Part shown: positions 1 through 9,079 of the stretch, one piece after another | Position numbering within the stretch: position 1 is the first letter of the stretch | Layout: every line of letters begins with the position of its first letter | From: Candidatus Woesearchaeota archaeon | Lineage (GTDB): Archaea; Nanobdellota; Nanobdellia; Pacearchaeales; GW2011-AR1 | DNA: 33,771 nucleotides | Assembly: GCA_964388875.1 (NCBI GenBank) | Contig: CAYMCA010000005.1 | Span: 1 to 33,771 of the forward strand | Reading direction: 5' to 3' | Notes under the pieces: generated by a model | The model's database searches: none | What the model was told of the DNA's origin: nothing | What the model saw: the letters and a program-made list of their open reading frames with translations, nothing else | Translations under genes and position numbers: made by a program

Positions 1-475
1 CCTGCACCAGCTCTTCATAACTGCCATCAAACAGCTTATAGCCAATCAATGTTGCTCTCGGATTTTTCTCTTTTACATGGCTAATCACTCTTCTTGCAAT
101 TACAAAAGGGATATTTATCACATCCCCCTCCTGATAATTATGGCTTGGGAATTTTCCCTTGTAAGGATTTTTAGGTATTAAGTTTGCAACTGCTGCAGCC
201 AAAATATAGGCATCAAATCTATTGCCTAAAACAAATTTTTCATATTCATAAAAGTCCTCAACATCAATTGCCTTTATATTCTTTAAAGGTTTTTCATCTT
301 TCCTGTAAAATTCAGTTCCTTTGCATTTAACAACAATTATCTTATCATTCTTTCTTGCCGCAGCTAACTTTTTGGCAGTAAGAGCAGCCAAGCCTCCTTT
401 AAACCTGTTTGTAATCAGCTTCACGCTGTCAAGTTTGCCGTATATTGGGCCTATAGACATAAGTATTCTCTTCAT
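1..475 (-). CDS. Phosphopantothenate-cysteine ligase (CoaB / DFP C-terminal domain)-like protein; C-terminus runs off the window
   Basis: Own minus-strand translation from ATG 475-473: MKRILMSIGPIYGKLDSVKLITNRFKGGLAALTAKKL...FDAYILAAAVANLIPKNPYKGK... It stays open to position 1, so it has no stop in the window and is absent from the ORF track. The ITNxxxGG and AAAVA(D/N) stretches resemble CoaB signature motifs. Confidence 0.5.
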   Translation of the reverse strand, partial: MKRILMSIGPIYGKLDSVKLITNRFKGGLAALTAKKLAAARKNDKIIVVKCKGTEFYRKDEKPLKNIKAIDVEDFYEYEKFVLGNRFDAYILAAAVANLIPKNPYKGKFPSHNYQEGDVINIPFVIARRVISHVKEKNPRATLIGYKLFDGSYEELVQ

Positions 476-557
476 TTTCAAGCTTATATGCTAGATAAAC
501 AAGCCCCTCTTTTAAATTTTGGGTTTTGATAAAACAACAACTGCGCTGCTTAATCCA

Positions 558-1292
558 TCAAGCCAGTTTCTTCAGGCTTTTTAGCACTCCAAACTCATAC
601 GCCTTGTCGCCAACAGCATAAACCCTGAAATTTTTCAGGTTAAAATTAAAAGCCAGCTTGTTTTCAAAATCAGCAGAAATATCACTGCCTTCAACAAGGG
701 GAAAGAAAGAAGGCATAATTACAACCTGCTTGCCTTTCCATTTTCCAGCAAGAAAGCATTTATATTTTTCACTTTTTGACTTGTCCTGCAAAACAAGGGC
801 GGGATGCTTATGCCCCAAAACAATTGTTTTTATTCCCCTGCCAAGGCATTCAGCAAACATCTTGTGCCCGTGCATGAAGCAAATATTCTCCTTAATGTAA
901 AAATCCTTGAGCTCTATGCTTCTTTGCCTGGAAATCGGCTCCAGAATTGTGTCATGATTTCCTCTTATCAGGATTATTTTTTCAGCATGTTTTTTCAGGA
1001 AATCCAAAAGAGAAAGAGTTTCTTTCCATTCCTGCCTTGAAATCCCCCCAAAATCATGCTTTAAATCCCCAAGTATAATGACCTCTTTAATTTTCCGGTT
1101 GCTTTTTTCAATCTCCTCAAACACCTTTTTCAAATCATCCATCATCTCTTTAAACTGCGTTCTTGGCACCAGCACGCCTTTTTCATTAAGCATGCCCTCA
1201 TAGCCAATATGCAAATCTGCAATTGAGAGAATTCTCTTTTCAGGGAAAAACAAGGCTTTTCCTATAATCTCTGCTCCAGAAGCAATTTTCAT
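558..1292 (-). CDS. Calcineurin-like metallophosphoesterase (archaeal SbcD/Mre11-related, MJ0037/PdeM-like)
   Basis: 244 aa with an ATG start. Phosphoesterase motifs appear in order: SIADLHIG, ILGDLKHDF, RGNHD, MHGH, LGHKHP. Confidence 0.8.
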   Translation of the reverse strand: MKIASGAEIIGKALFFPEKRILSIADLHIGYEGMLNEKGVLVPRTQFKEMMDDLKKVFEEIEKSNRKIKEVIILGDLKHDFGGISRQEWKETLSLLDFLKKHAEKIILIRGNHDTILEPISRQRSIELKDFYIKENICFMHGHKMFAECLGRGIKTIVLGHKHPALVLQDKSKSEKYKCFLAGKWKGKQVVIMPSFFPLVEGSDISADFENKLAFNFNLKNFRVYAVGDKAYEFGVLKSLKKLA

Positions 1293-1347
1293 AAATTATA
1301 TAAGATTAAATCTTAATAAATCTTTGGAGAAAAATTAACCATAAAAT

Positions 1348-2370
1348 CTATTGAAAAAGCTCGCTTATGCTCTCCCCTTTTCTCGCCCTGTAGATTGCCT
1401 CAGCAAAAAGGGGGGCAATGCTTATTATCTCTATTTTTTCATTATCCTTGCCGTCTTTTATAGGCTGGTAGAATGTGTCTGTCGTTAAAACCTTGTCAAG
1501 CCCCTTTAAATTTTCCATATAATTTCCAGATCCGACAAAATGCGCAGCATATGCATAAACCTTTTTTGCCCCCTCCTTTCTTAATGCAATCTCTGCCTCT
1601 CCCAATGTTTTTCCGCTGCTTAATATATCATCAACCAGCAGGCAGTTTTTCCCTTTAACATCCCCAACAACATGATAAACCTCTACCTTCTCCCCGCTTA
1701 TCCTTCTCTTGTCAATTATGGCTATGTCTATGTTATTGCCTATCCTTTTGGCAAATGCCCTTGTCCTTTCTGCAGAGCCTGTGTCGGGCGCAACAACAAT
1801 CAGGTTGTCTGTTATCTCTGGATGCCTTGTCTTTATGTAATCAACAACATCAGGATAGCTGTAAAGAGCATCAAAAGGAATATTAAAAAATCCCTGTATA
1901 GCCTGGGCATGCAAATCAAGCGCAATCACCCTGTTTGCATGAGCGCCAGAATCACTTAAGCTTATTGTGTCTGCAAAAACCTTGGAGGCAATAGCAATAT
2001 GCGGCTTGTCTTTCTTCTCGCCTCTTGACCATCTCATATAGGGCAAAACATCAATAACGCTTGCAGCGCTTCCCCTCATCGCAGCATTATTCACAAACAT
2101 CATCTCAACCCACCATCTCGCGGGCTCTTTGCTCGAGTCTTGTATGTAGACAACATTCTTTAATCTCACATTTGGAATTATTCTTGGCTCAAACTCGCCG
2201 TCTGGAAAATTCTTTGTTTCTACCTTTCCAAGAGTAAACCCTATCTTGCTTCTTTCACTTTCTATCTTTTTTATATTGTCATATACCTTAGCAGCAAAAT
2301 TCCAGACATTTGATTTAGGGTCAGCAAGAATTATGTTCTCTAAATTATTCATCTCTTTTGCGCTTTCCAT
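1348..2370 (-). CDS. prs: Ribose-phosphate pyrophosphokinase (PRPP synthetase)
   Basis: 340 aa. It carries the PRPP-binding loop LLVDDILSSGKTL, plus VVAPDTGSAERTRAFAKRIG and ALDLHAQAIQGFF, all typical of Prs. Confidence 0.9.
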   Translation of the reverse strand: MESAKEMNNLENIILADPKSNVWNFAAKVYDNIKKIESERSKIGFTLGKVETKNFPDGEFEPRIIPNVRLKNVVYIQDSSKEPARWWVEMMFVNNAAMRGSAASVIDVLPYMRWSRGEKKDKPHIAIASKVFADTISLSDSGAHANRVIALDLHAQAIQGFFNIPFDALYSYPDVVDYIKTRHPEITDNLIVVAPDTGSAERTRAFAKRIGNNIDIAIIDKRRISGEKVEVYHVVGDVKGKNCLLVDDILSSGKTLGEAEIALRKEGAKKVYAYAAHFVGSGNYMENLKGLDKVLTTDTFYQPIKDGKDNEKIEIISIAPLFAEAIYRARKGESISELFQ

Positions 2371-2481
2371 TATAAATTAAAATTGGGCTGGTTTTTAAGC
2401 ATGATTATTCTGAGAAATATATTTGCCAACCTGCTTGTCATGGAGAAATAAATTTTAAAAATACCCTTTTGATAAGGATTT

Positions 2482-3120
2482 ATGGTTATAAAGGCAGAAA
2501 AAGCAGTTATCTCCCTGATTATTGCAAGCATGTTTTTTGCAAATGCGCATCCTGCTGAAAGGAGCAAGCTGAAAAAAGAGGCAGTTAATACAATCTCCGA
2601 GATTATTGTCAGGGAATCAAAATCTGCTGAAAAAAACCTCAATTTGCAATATTACAAGGTAGATGATGAGCTTAAAGGCATAAAGAAAGGTGTAAGGATG
2701 TCTTACCAAAAATCACTTCTTGAAGGAATAGTTGAAATTATAACACTTGGTAAGCTTCTCACGCCGAGATCATACAGGGAATTTTCCAGCCTGCGGGATG
2801 AAATAAGCTCGAAGCAGAACACGATTCTGGACAAGATTTGGAGGAATGACACAGAGCATATAAACGAGATAATATTAAAGGAATACATAAGGCAAAATGT
2901 TCCAAAATGCGAATTAACAGGCATGTACAATAAGATGTTTGACCTGGCTTCAGAAGCGTCAAAAAACGAGAGTGATAAGAACATCATAAAGGAAAAAACA
3001 ATCAAGGAAAAGGAAAAAGCAGTATTTCTTCTGCACGCCTATGCCAAGGGACATTTGTACATTGAGGAGATATACAGCCAAAGCTCTTCCAGCGCCAATA
3101 TGCAGCAGGCATCAAAATAA
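2482..3120 (+). CDS. Hypothetical protein with a hydrophobic N-terminus and a Lys/Glu-rich remainder
   Basis: This is the only long ORF in the 755-bp gap between prs and lhr. It has an ATG start and I recognise no family. Confidence 0.45.
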   Translation: MVIKAEKAVISLIIASMFFANAHPAERSKLKKEAVNTISEIIVRESKSAEKNLNLQYYKVDDELKGIKKGVRMSYQKSLLEGIVEIITLGKLLTPRSYREFSSLRDEISSKQNTILDKIWRNDTEHINEIILKEYIRQNVPKCELTGMYNKMFDLASEASKNESDKNIIKEKTIKEKEKAVFLLHAYAKGHLYIEEIYSQSSSSANMQQASK

Positions 3121-3125
3121 TTCTC

Positions 3126-5717
3126 TCAATCTCCGCTCTTGCCTATCATCTCAAGATGCAGCTTATGCATTCTTTTTAGGAATTCTATCTTGTCCTCTAT
3201 CCTTATCAGGTCAGAATACCCTTGTATAATCAGGTTAAGGTCAAACGGTCTTGGCAGCTTTGTGTGCGCCTCTTTTATTTTTATTCTCCCTTCATTTATC
3301 CATTCAACAATAAGCTTCGCATTCTTGATATCCATTAAGTCCTCAATAACCTCTCTTCTTGCCTCTTTTAAAATAGGAAAATTCTTATCCAGCTTTTTCA
3401 CGCTTCCAAGCAGAAACCCGGATTTCATTTGCTGCTTGCCTACAGATTTTGTCCTGCCCTTGTAGCTCCTTAAAATCATCAGGCCGCGGGTAGCGCAATG
3501 CCTGAACCTCCTTTTCAGAACCTCTGTTTTTTCTATTGCCTCCTTCAGAATATCAACAAGATTCTTTGAATTTAGCATTTTTAGCGCCTTGACTGCCTGA
3601 ATATTCTCTCCTGCAAGGAAAAACCCATTATCGCTTATCCCTATCTCAATATCTCTCCCGTGAAGCCTCGCAGCAACAAAAGCTATTGCCCTTGACAGGG
3701 CGTCATTCACCCTTCTGCCAAAAAGCGAGTGAAAGATGACATAATCCTTCTCTCCCCTGTAATGCTCCACAATGAGCTTTTTCTCGTGCGGAATCTCCAA
3801 AAACCTGAATTGCTCATAAAAATAATTGTATACAGCATTTGCGCAATGCTCATCACAGTAAAGAAACTCCATTATAAATTTTTTAACATTCTCTTTCCCC
3901 TCTTTTTTGAGTTTTTCCTCCATCAAAAGCCTGAATCTTTGTATTGCCAGCGCAGAGCCAAAGCTTAATGGCAGCATCTCTGAAAACCATAAGGGAATTG
4001 TAGGCGATTTATGAACAGACGCATTGACATAGGCATTCATTCCCTTAGTGTACCTGAATTCATACCTGTGCCCGCCAAGAACAAAGACATCGCCAGGTTT
4101 CAGCCTTTCAAGGAATGCCTCATCTATAACCCCCACTCTTTCATCCTTTCTTTCTCCGCCGGATATGACAATGCTGACAAAGCTTTCTTCAGGGATAGTG
4201 CCTATGTTTGTCATGTAAATCACCCTTGCCAGCATCCCTCTCTTGCCTATCTGCCCTGTTTTCTTGTCATGCCATATCTTTGCATAAACATCCCTTGCCT
4301 CAAGGGCATACTCCCCCGCAAGGTAGTCAATAACAGAGAAAAAATCCTCCCTTGTTAATTCCTTATAGCAATAGCTTCTTTTTATAACAGCAAAAAGCTC
4401 TTCAGCATTCCATACCTGCTGTATTGCCATGCCATAAACCTGCTGGCTTAGGACATCAAGGCAGTTTTTTGGAATCTGCACTCTGTCTATAATGCCTTCC
4501 CTTGCGTTCTTTGCCAGAACACAGCATTCAATTAAATCATCCCTGTCCAAAACAATAAATCTTCCCTTTGCAGTTTCGTGCAGCCTGTGTCCTGCTCTTC
4601 CTATCCTCTGCAGCGCCCTTGCAACGCTTTTAGGAGAGCCGAGCAGAATCACAAGGCCTATGTACCCAATGTCAATTCCCAGCTCCAGGCTTGTGCTCGT
4701 GACAACAACCTTTAATTTTCCCTGCCTCAGCCTCTCTTCAATATCAAACCTATGCGCCTTGCTTAAGCTGCTGTGGTGCGCCCCTATATTCTCAAGGTAT
4801 TTTGAGGGGAACATCTCCTTTAAATGATGAATAACCCTTTCTGTCGCACTTCTTGTATTTGTGAATATCAGTGTTGTCTTGTGATTTTCAATAAGCCTGT
4901 CTATTAGTCTATAAAGGTCAGAGTGCAGGCTTCTCGCATCAACATCTATGATGTCTTCAGATGGAGTTAAAACCTCAATATCCATGCTCTTTGTGAACTG
5001 TACATCTGCAATCTCACACCCCCTGCCTTCGCCAACCAGAAACCCCGCAATATCCTCAAGAGGCGCAATTGTTGCTGAAAGCCCAATCCTTACAGGCTCA
5101 ATTTTGCTTATGTGGCAAAGAATCTCCAGGCTTAAGCTGAGGTGCACCCCCCTTTTGTTGGCAAGAGCATGAATCTCATCCACTATGCAGAACTCAACAG
5201 CACTCAATTTTTCTATAAACCTCTTGGAAATTAGCACAATTGCAAGGCTTTCAGGGGTTGTTATAAATATATGCGGCGTATTTTTCAGCATCTTTTGTTT
5301 TTCACTGGCAGTTGTATCCCCTGTCCTTACTCCAACCCTTATCTTCTGCATGTCTACCCCGTTTCTTTTAGCTATCTTCTCAATCTCCTCAAGCGGCATA
5401 ACAAGATTAACATAAATGTCAGAGCCAAGAGCCTTAAGCGGAGAGCAGTACACACAATAAACCTTATTTTCCAGCTCATTTTTGCATGCCAGGCTGACAA
5501 GATAATTTAATATGCTCAAAAATGCAGTCAGTGTCTTTGTCCCGCCGGTTGGGGCAGATATAAGTATATTCTTCCTTTCATGTATAGGCATAACGCCATA
5601 AAGCTGAGGCAGGCTCAACTCCTTAAACCTTGAGAAAAACCATTCCTTAACAAGAGGATGCATGGTGTTCTTTATCTCGTTCGCTTCCCTTTCCTTCGCA
5701 ATGCTAATCCCTGCCAT
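3126..5717 (-). CDS. lhr: Lhr-type (Lhr-core) ATP-dependent DEAD/DEAH-box helicase
   Basis: SF2 helicase motifs are present: SAPTGGTKT (Walker A), VDEIH, LSATI, TSTSLELGIDIG and QRIGRAGH. A long C-terminal DEAD-associated region follows. The track start 5732 is TTG, so I use ATG 5717 (MAGISIAKE...). Confidence 0.9.
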   Translation of the reverse strand: MAGISIAKEREANEIKNTMHPLVKEWFFSRFKELSLPQLYGVMPIHERKNILISAPTGGTKTLTAFLSILNYLVSLACKNELENKVYCVYCSPLKALGSDIYVNLVMPLEEIEKIAKRNGVDMQKIRVGVRTGDTTASEKQKMLKNTPHIFITTPESLAIVLISKRFIEKLSAVEFCIVDEIHALANKRGVHLSLSLEILCHISKIEPVRIGLSATIAPLEDIAGFLVGEGRGCEIADVQFTKSMDIEVLTPSEDIIDVDARSLHSDLYRLIDRLIENHKTTLIFTNTRSATERVIHHLKEMFPSKYLENIGAHHSSLSKAHRFDIEERLRQGKLKVVVTSTSLELGIDIGYIGLVILLGSPKSVARALQRIGRAGHRLHETAKGRFIVLDRDDLIECCVLAKNAREGIIDRVQIPKNCLDVLSQQVYGMAIQQVWNAEELFAVIKRSYCYKELTREDFFSVIDYLAGEYALEARDVYAKIWHDKKTGQIGKRGMLARVIYMTNIGTIPEESFVSIVISGGERKDERVGVIDEAFLERLKPGDVFVLGGHRYEFRYTKGMNAYVNASVHKSPTIPLWFSEMLPLSFGSALAIQRFRLLMEEKLKKEGKENVKKFIMEFLYCDEHCANAVYNYFYEQFRFLEIPHEKKLIVEHYRGEKDYVIFHSLFGRRVNDALSRAIAFVAARLHGRDIEIGISDNGFFLAGENIQAVKALKMLNSKNLVDILKEAIEKTEVLKRRFRHCATRGLMILRSYKGRTKSVGKQQMKSGFLLGSVKKLDKNFPILKEARREVIEDLMDIKNAKLIVEWINEGRIKIKEAHTKLPRPFDLNLIIQGYSDLIRIEDKIEFLKRMHKLHLEMIGKSGD

Positions 5718-5786
5718 TTTAATAAATAACAACAGAACATTATAAGCTTTTGCCTAAAATTTAATAGAATCCTTTATCTTGCATGT

Positions 5787-6266
5787 TCAATATACTCTCT
5801 TGCAGTTAAATCTCGCTAAATCTTCTTTGCGATACTGCAATATTGCCTCCCAAACACCTTTCTGGTCAAGCAAGTCAAATATTTTCCTGTCACCAGGATA
5901 CATTCTTATCTCTGTTAAATCCCGAACCCAGACAGGTTTTGCTTTAGGATGTTCCTCCTCAAGCTTTCCTGTAAAATTGTTTGCTTCATAAACCTCCACC
6001 CTCCAGTCTTCTTGGTTTTTATCTCCTCCAAGAATCCTTCCCTTATTGTAGAATGTTGCTATTACTCTAAGCTTCGGATTGATTAATTTCAAGCCAGTTT
6101 CCTCATCAAATTCCCTTAAGACGCAATCAATGCTTCTTTCTCCTCTTTCTAATCGTCCGCCCGGCGGAACATACCACCCATTATGAATATCTCCCTCTCC
6201 GCCGTTTCTGTACAAAAATAGTGTTTTCCCCCTGTTTCTTAAAAAACACATTGTTCCGTTAATCAT
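5787..6266 (-). CDS. NUDIX hydrolase (MutT-like)
   Basis: The Nudix box is present: GGRLERGERSIDCVLREFDEETGL, matching GX5EX7REUXEEXGU. Confidence 0.85.
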   Translation of the reverse strand: MINGTMCFLRNRGKTLFLYRNGGEGDIHNGWYVPPGGRLERGERSIDCVLREFDEETGLKLINPKLRVIATFYNKGRILGGDKNQEDWRVEVYEANNFTGKLEEEHPKAKPVWVRDLTEIRMYPGDRKIFDLLDQKGVWEAILQYRKEDLARFNCKRVY

Positions 6267-6345
6267 CTTTAAGTTAGAATAAAAGGATTTTTAAAAATTT
6301 AGTTTCTGAAGAATATATTTAAAAAGATATTCGGTATAAAAAACT

Positions 6346-6612
6346 ATGCAAATATCGCAGAAAAAGAGGGATAAAATAGCAGAGCAGATTCTTAGCTTGC
6401 TTTACCATAGCTTTCCAAGGCAGCTTTTCACATCAGGAGTTTCAGATGAAATTGCCCGAGATGAGGAATTCACCCTTAAATTGCTAAAGGAGCTTGAAAA
6501 GAAGAATCTTGTAGCATCAGTTAAAAAGAATCCCCAAGGCAAAATCTATTCCAAAAGAACAAAATGGCGCTTAAGCAACCAAGCTCATGAAATATACAGG
6601 CAGCATCAGTAG
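6346..6612 (+). CDS. Small (88 aa) probable winged-helix DNA-binding protein
   Basis: ATG start. The pattern ...EIARDEEFTLKLLKELEKKNLVASVKKNPQGKIYSKRTKWRL is typical of small archaeal wHTH proteins. This is pattern recognition only. Confidence 0.5.
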   Translation: MQISQKKRDKIAEQILSLLYHSFPRQLFTSGVSDEIARDEEFTLKLLKELEKKNLVASVKKNPQGKIYSKRTKWRLSNQAHEIYRQHQ

Positions 6613-6675
6613 TCAATTGCAATACTGGATAAACTAAAACATCTTTCTTGATATAAGAATATTTTTAAATTCGCT

Positions 6676-7404
6676 ATGCCGCTATTTCTGATGGATGAGA
6701 TAAAAGAGGCTTTTTTAAAGGTAAAGCAGGATATGCTTTCTCTCGGGCAGGAGATAAGCTCAATAAAGATTCAGATGCAAAATGTAAATGATGCTTTCGA
6801 AGAACTAAAACAATACCTAAAGCTCTCAGAATCAACAAAAACATACCCCCGAATAAGTTCGGCAATTCCAACACATAATCCAACACATCTTACAAATCCA
6901 ACAGATGACATGCCTTTAAAAGCCTCAAAAAGCCAGAATTTAGGGATTTCCACAGGAAATGAAGGGGTTCCAACAAACAAACCAACAAACCAACAGACAA
7001 ACCAACACATAATAAGAAAAGCGGAATACCCATTAGAAGAGGTATGGAAAGAGAAGGACAACATAGATAATCAAACAGGCAGGATAAATAGGGTTTTAAA
7101 TAGCCTTGATGCGCTCAAGAAAGAAACCCGGCTTAAATTCAAGCGGTTAACACAGCAGGAAATGTCTGTTTTTTCACTTCTTTATCATCTTGAGGAGCAA
7201 GGGGAAGATGTTAATTATAGGATTTTGTCATCAAAATTAAGCCTTTCAGAAAGCTCTATCCGGGATTATATTGCGAAGATTCAGAAAAAAGGAATTCCCG
7301 TCGAGAAAAAAAGAATAAATAACAAGAAGATCCTTCTTTATGTCTCTCCAGAACTTAAAAAAATAGCCTCATTAAGCACAATTATGCAGCTCCGAGAGCT
7401 TTAG
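6676..7404 (+). CDS. Coiled-coil / low-complexity linker / C-terminal HTH protein (paralog of 7841..8449)
   Basis: 242 aa with an N-terminal heptad-like region. The central Pro/Thr/Asn/Gln linker is encoded by CCAACA-type repeats at 6868-7010. The C-terminal HTH-like segment reads LTQQEMSVFSLLYHLEEQG..YRILSSKLSLSESSIRDYIAKIQKKG. Confidence 0.65.
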   Translation: MPLFLMDEIKEAFLKVKQDMLSLGQEISSIKIQMQNVNDAFEELKQYLKLSESTKTYPRISSAIPTHNPTHLTNPTDDMPLKASKSQNLGISTGNEGVPTNKPTNQQTNQHIIRKAEYPLEEVWKEKDNIDNQTGRINRVLNSLDALKKETRLKFKRLTQQEMSVFSLLYHLEEQGEDVNYRILSSKLSLSESSIRDYIAKIQKKGIPVEKKRINNKKILLYVSPELKKIASLSTIMQLREL

Positions 7405-7556
7405 TCACCTCTTTTGATAAACCGTATACCGAATATCTGGATGCAAAGCTAAAGCTGGGTGTTTTTTCCAGCGCCTTTATTTTTTATCCCTATTTACTTT
7501 AGGCACTACAAATCTACTCTGCTTAAATGCAATACCTGCATATTAAACACTACACT

Positions 7557-7801
7557 CACTTTTACCTAATCACATAATTTTCTTGATTATACTTCTCTTA
7601 CTTTTGCCTAATCAGGCCTATATTTTAATGCCTTTTTAGCTAACTATACCTTTTACCAGTTTTATCTCTTTTTTTAGCAGGAATCACACGTAAAAACTAT
7701 CCCTGCTAACTCTCACTTTTCTACTTTTTAAGCTTATTTAGGGATGTTTTATTAAATTGTACGAACTTTTTATCAATGATTACCCTCACTTTTCTGCTTT
7801 T
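7557..7801. repeat. Degenerate direct repeats in the 436-bp spacer between the convergent HTH genes
   Basis: CACTTTTACCTAATCA (7557-72) matches TACTTTTGCCTAATCA (7599-614). CTCACTTTTCTACTTTT (7712-28) matches CTCACTTTTCTGCTTTT (7785-801). CTCACTTT recurs inside the adjacent CDS at 7869 and 7964. Confidence 0.6.
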
Positions 7802-7840
7802 TTCACTTATTTTCATGGCTCTGCCCTATTTTTAGCTGCT

Positions 7841-8449
7841 TTATTGCTCTTTTTCCCTATTTTTAACCCTCACTTTAACGCCTTTTAGCAACCTTTCTTT
7901 TATCCTATCCTCAATATAGAGCCGCTTTTTTCCGCTTTTTTCAATCAGCTCCTTAATAAGACCCTCACTTTTTCTCTTTATGTTGTTAATTTGGCCCCTC
8001 ACAGTCGCCTTGTCTTTTCCAGTCATTACTGCTATGTCTTCATACCTTAGCTTTAAGTCAGTATTTAGGAGTATAAGTATGATTGCTCTTTCCATCACAG
8101 AAAAATCATGTAAAAAGCCTGTTTGAACAGCCGTTTGAACAGGTGTTTGAACACCTTCAACAGCTGTTTGTTTATTAAACAGCTGTTTGTTATGCTCAGA
8201 TATCTGTTTGGAAACGCCTAACTCAAGAAATGCCATCAGGTTTTTTATTCCATCAAGCTCTGATTCTATCGTCGATAACTTGTCGTTTAATATGTCAATC
8301 TTTGAATCCTGCTCAGAATCTTTCATGTTCAGGTGTTTAACCCATATTCCCAGGTTGTTTATATCTTTTTTTGCAGCATCAAAAGATTTTTTTGACTCAT
8401 CTTTTAAGTTTTCAATATCTTTTTTTCTGCCAAAAAGCCATCCAAACAT
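7841..8449 (-). CDS. Coiled-coil / repeat linker / C-terminal HTH protein (paralog of 6676..7404)
   Basis: The architecture matches 6676..7404, and the C-terminus FSVMERAIILILL..YEDIAVMTGKDKATVRGQINNIKRKSEGLI aligns with that paralog. The VQTPVQTAVQTG linker is encoded by a 12-bp tandem repeat at 8121-8156. The track start 8464 is TTG, so I use ATG 8449. Confidence 0.65.
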   Translation of the reverse strand: MFGWLFGRKKDIENLKDESKKSFDAAKKDINNLGIWVKHLNMKDSEQDSKIDILNDKLSTIESELDGIKNLMAFLELGVSKQISEHNKQLFNKQTAVEGVQTPVQTAVQTGFLHDFSVMERAIILILLNTDLKLRYEDIAVMTGKDKATVRGQINNIKRKSEGLIKELIEKSGKKRLYIEDRIKERLLKGVKVRVKNREKEQ

Positions 8450-8577
8450 CTTTTTTAACAGCAAAGCACATTTATAAACCTTTCTTTTTTAAATAAAATC
8501 GAGGATAAACAACATTAAAACTGCATTAAAAATCAATTTTTTCATGCACTAAAATAAATAAAAAAGTACATAAAAAT

Positions 8578-8675
8578 AAGGCTGTTTAGTCATCTAAACA
8601 GCCTTTGCACAGCCAAAAACAGCTGTTAAACAGCATTTTAAACACCTATAAACACCTCCAAACAGCTTAAACAGC
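8578..8675. repeat. 12-bp-arm hairpin followed by a helically phased array of AAACA(G/C)C heptamers
   Basis: Hairpin: AAGGCTGTTTAG-TCAT-CTAAACAGCCTT (8578-8605). Heptamers start at 8596, 8617, 8628, 8640, 8650, 8660 and 8669, with the last six spaced 9-12 bp apart. Confidence 0.75.
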
Positions 8676-8902
8676 CGGGGGAATCATTCTTCCGGGCAGC
8701 ATTAAACGCCTGCTCAACCAGCCAAATCGCCCCAAAAACACAAAAAATAGGGTATTCCAATCATGCCTTTTGAATAGTCTTGGCATGCCCATAACATGCC
8801 TCAAACAGCTGCATTTACCCTATTTCGAGTGCTAAAGAAAAGGTTTAAATACTACTCTCTCTTGATAAAAATAACCTTAAAACAAGGTAGAAGGAGGTTA
8901 AT

Positions 8903-9079
8903 ATGGCAAAGCTAACAGCGTGGCTTGTCACCATTATCGGCATCTTGTTGGTGCTGTGGGCTGCAGGCCTTTTTGCACTTGAAGACGCATGGGTGCAATG
9001 GGTACTTGCAATCCTCGTTTTGGCAATTGGTGTAGGCAAGCTTGCAAGAAACTATAAAACAAGTAAGAAAAAGAGATAG
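8903..9079 (+). CDS. Small (58 aa) two-TM membrane protein, below the ORF-track size cutoff
   Basis: AAGGAGGT lies 5 nt upstream of ATG 8903. Own translation: MAKLTAWLVTIIGILLVLWAAGLFALEDAWVQWVLAILVLAIGVGKLARNYKTSKKKR, ending at TAG 9077-9079. It supersedes the antisense track ORF 8845..9039. Confidence 0.6.
   Translation: MAKLTAWLVTIIGILLVLWAAGLFALEDAWVQWVLAILVLAIGVGKLARNYKTSKKKR

Noticed and set aside
2370-2642. Track ORF, 90 aa (-), directly upstream of prs
   Set aside because: It overlaps the start of the plus-strand ORF 2482..3120 and the prs promoter region. It has a hydrophobic low-complexity sequence and no start context. Neither it nor 2482..3120 is strongly supported, but the longer plus-strand ORF is preferred.
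8845-9039. Track ORF, 64 aa on the minus strand
   Set aside because: It is antisense to a better-supported plus-strand small membrane protein gene (8903..9079) that has a perfect SD. The minus-strand product is low-complexity and has no start context.
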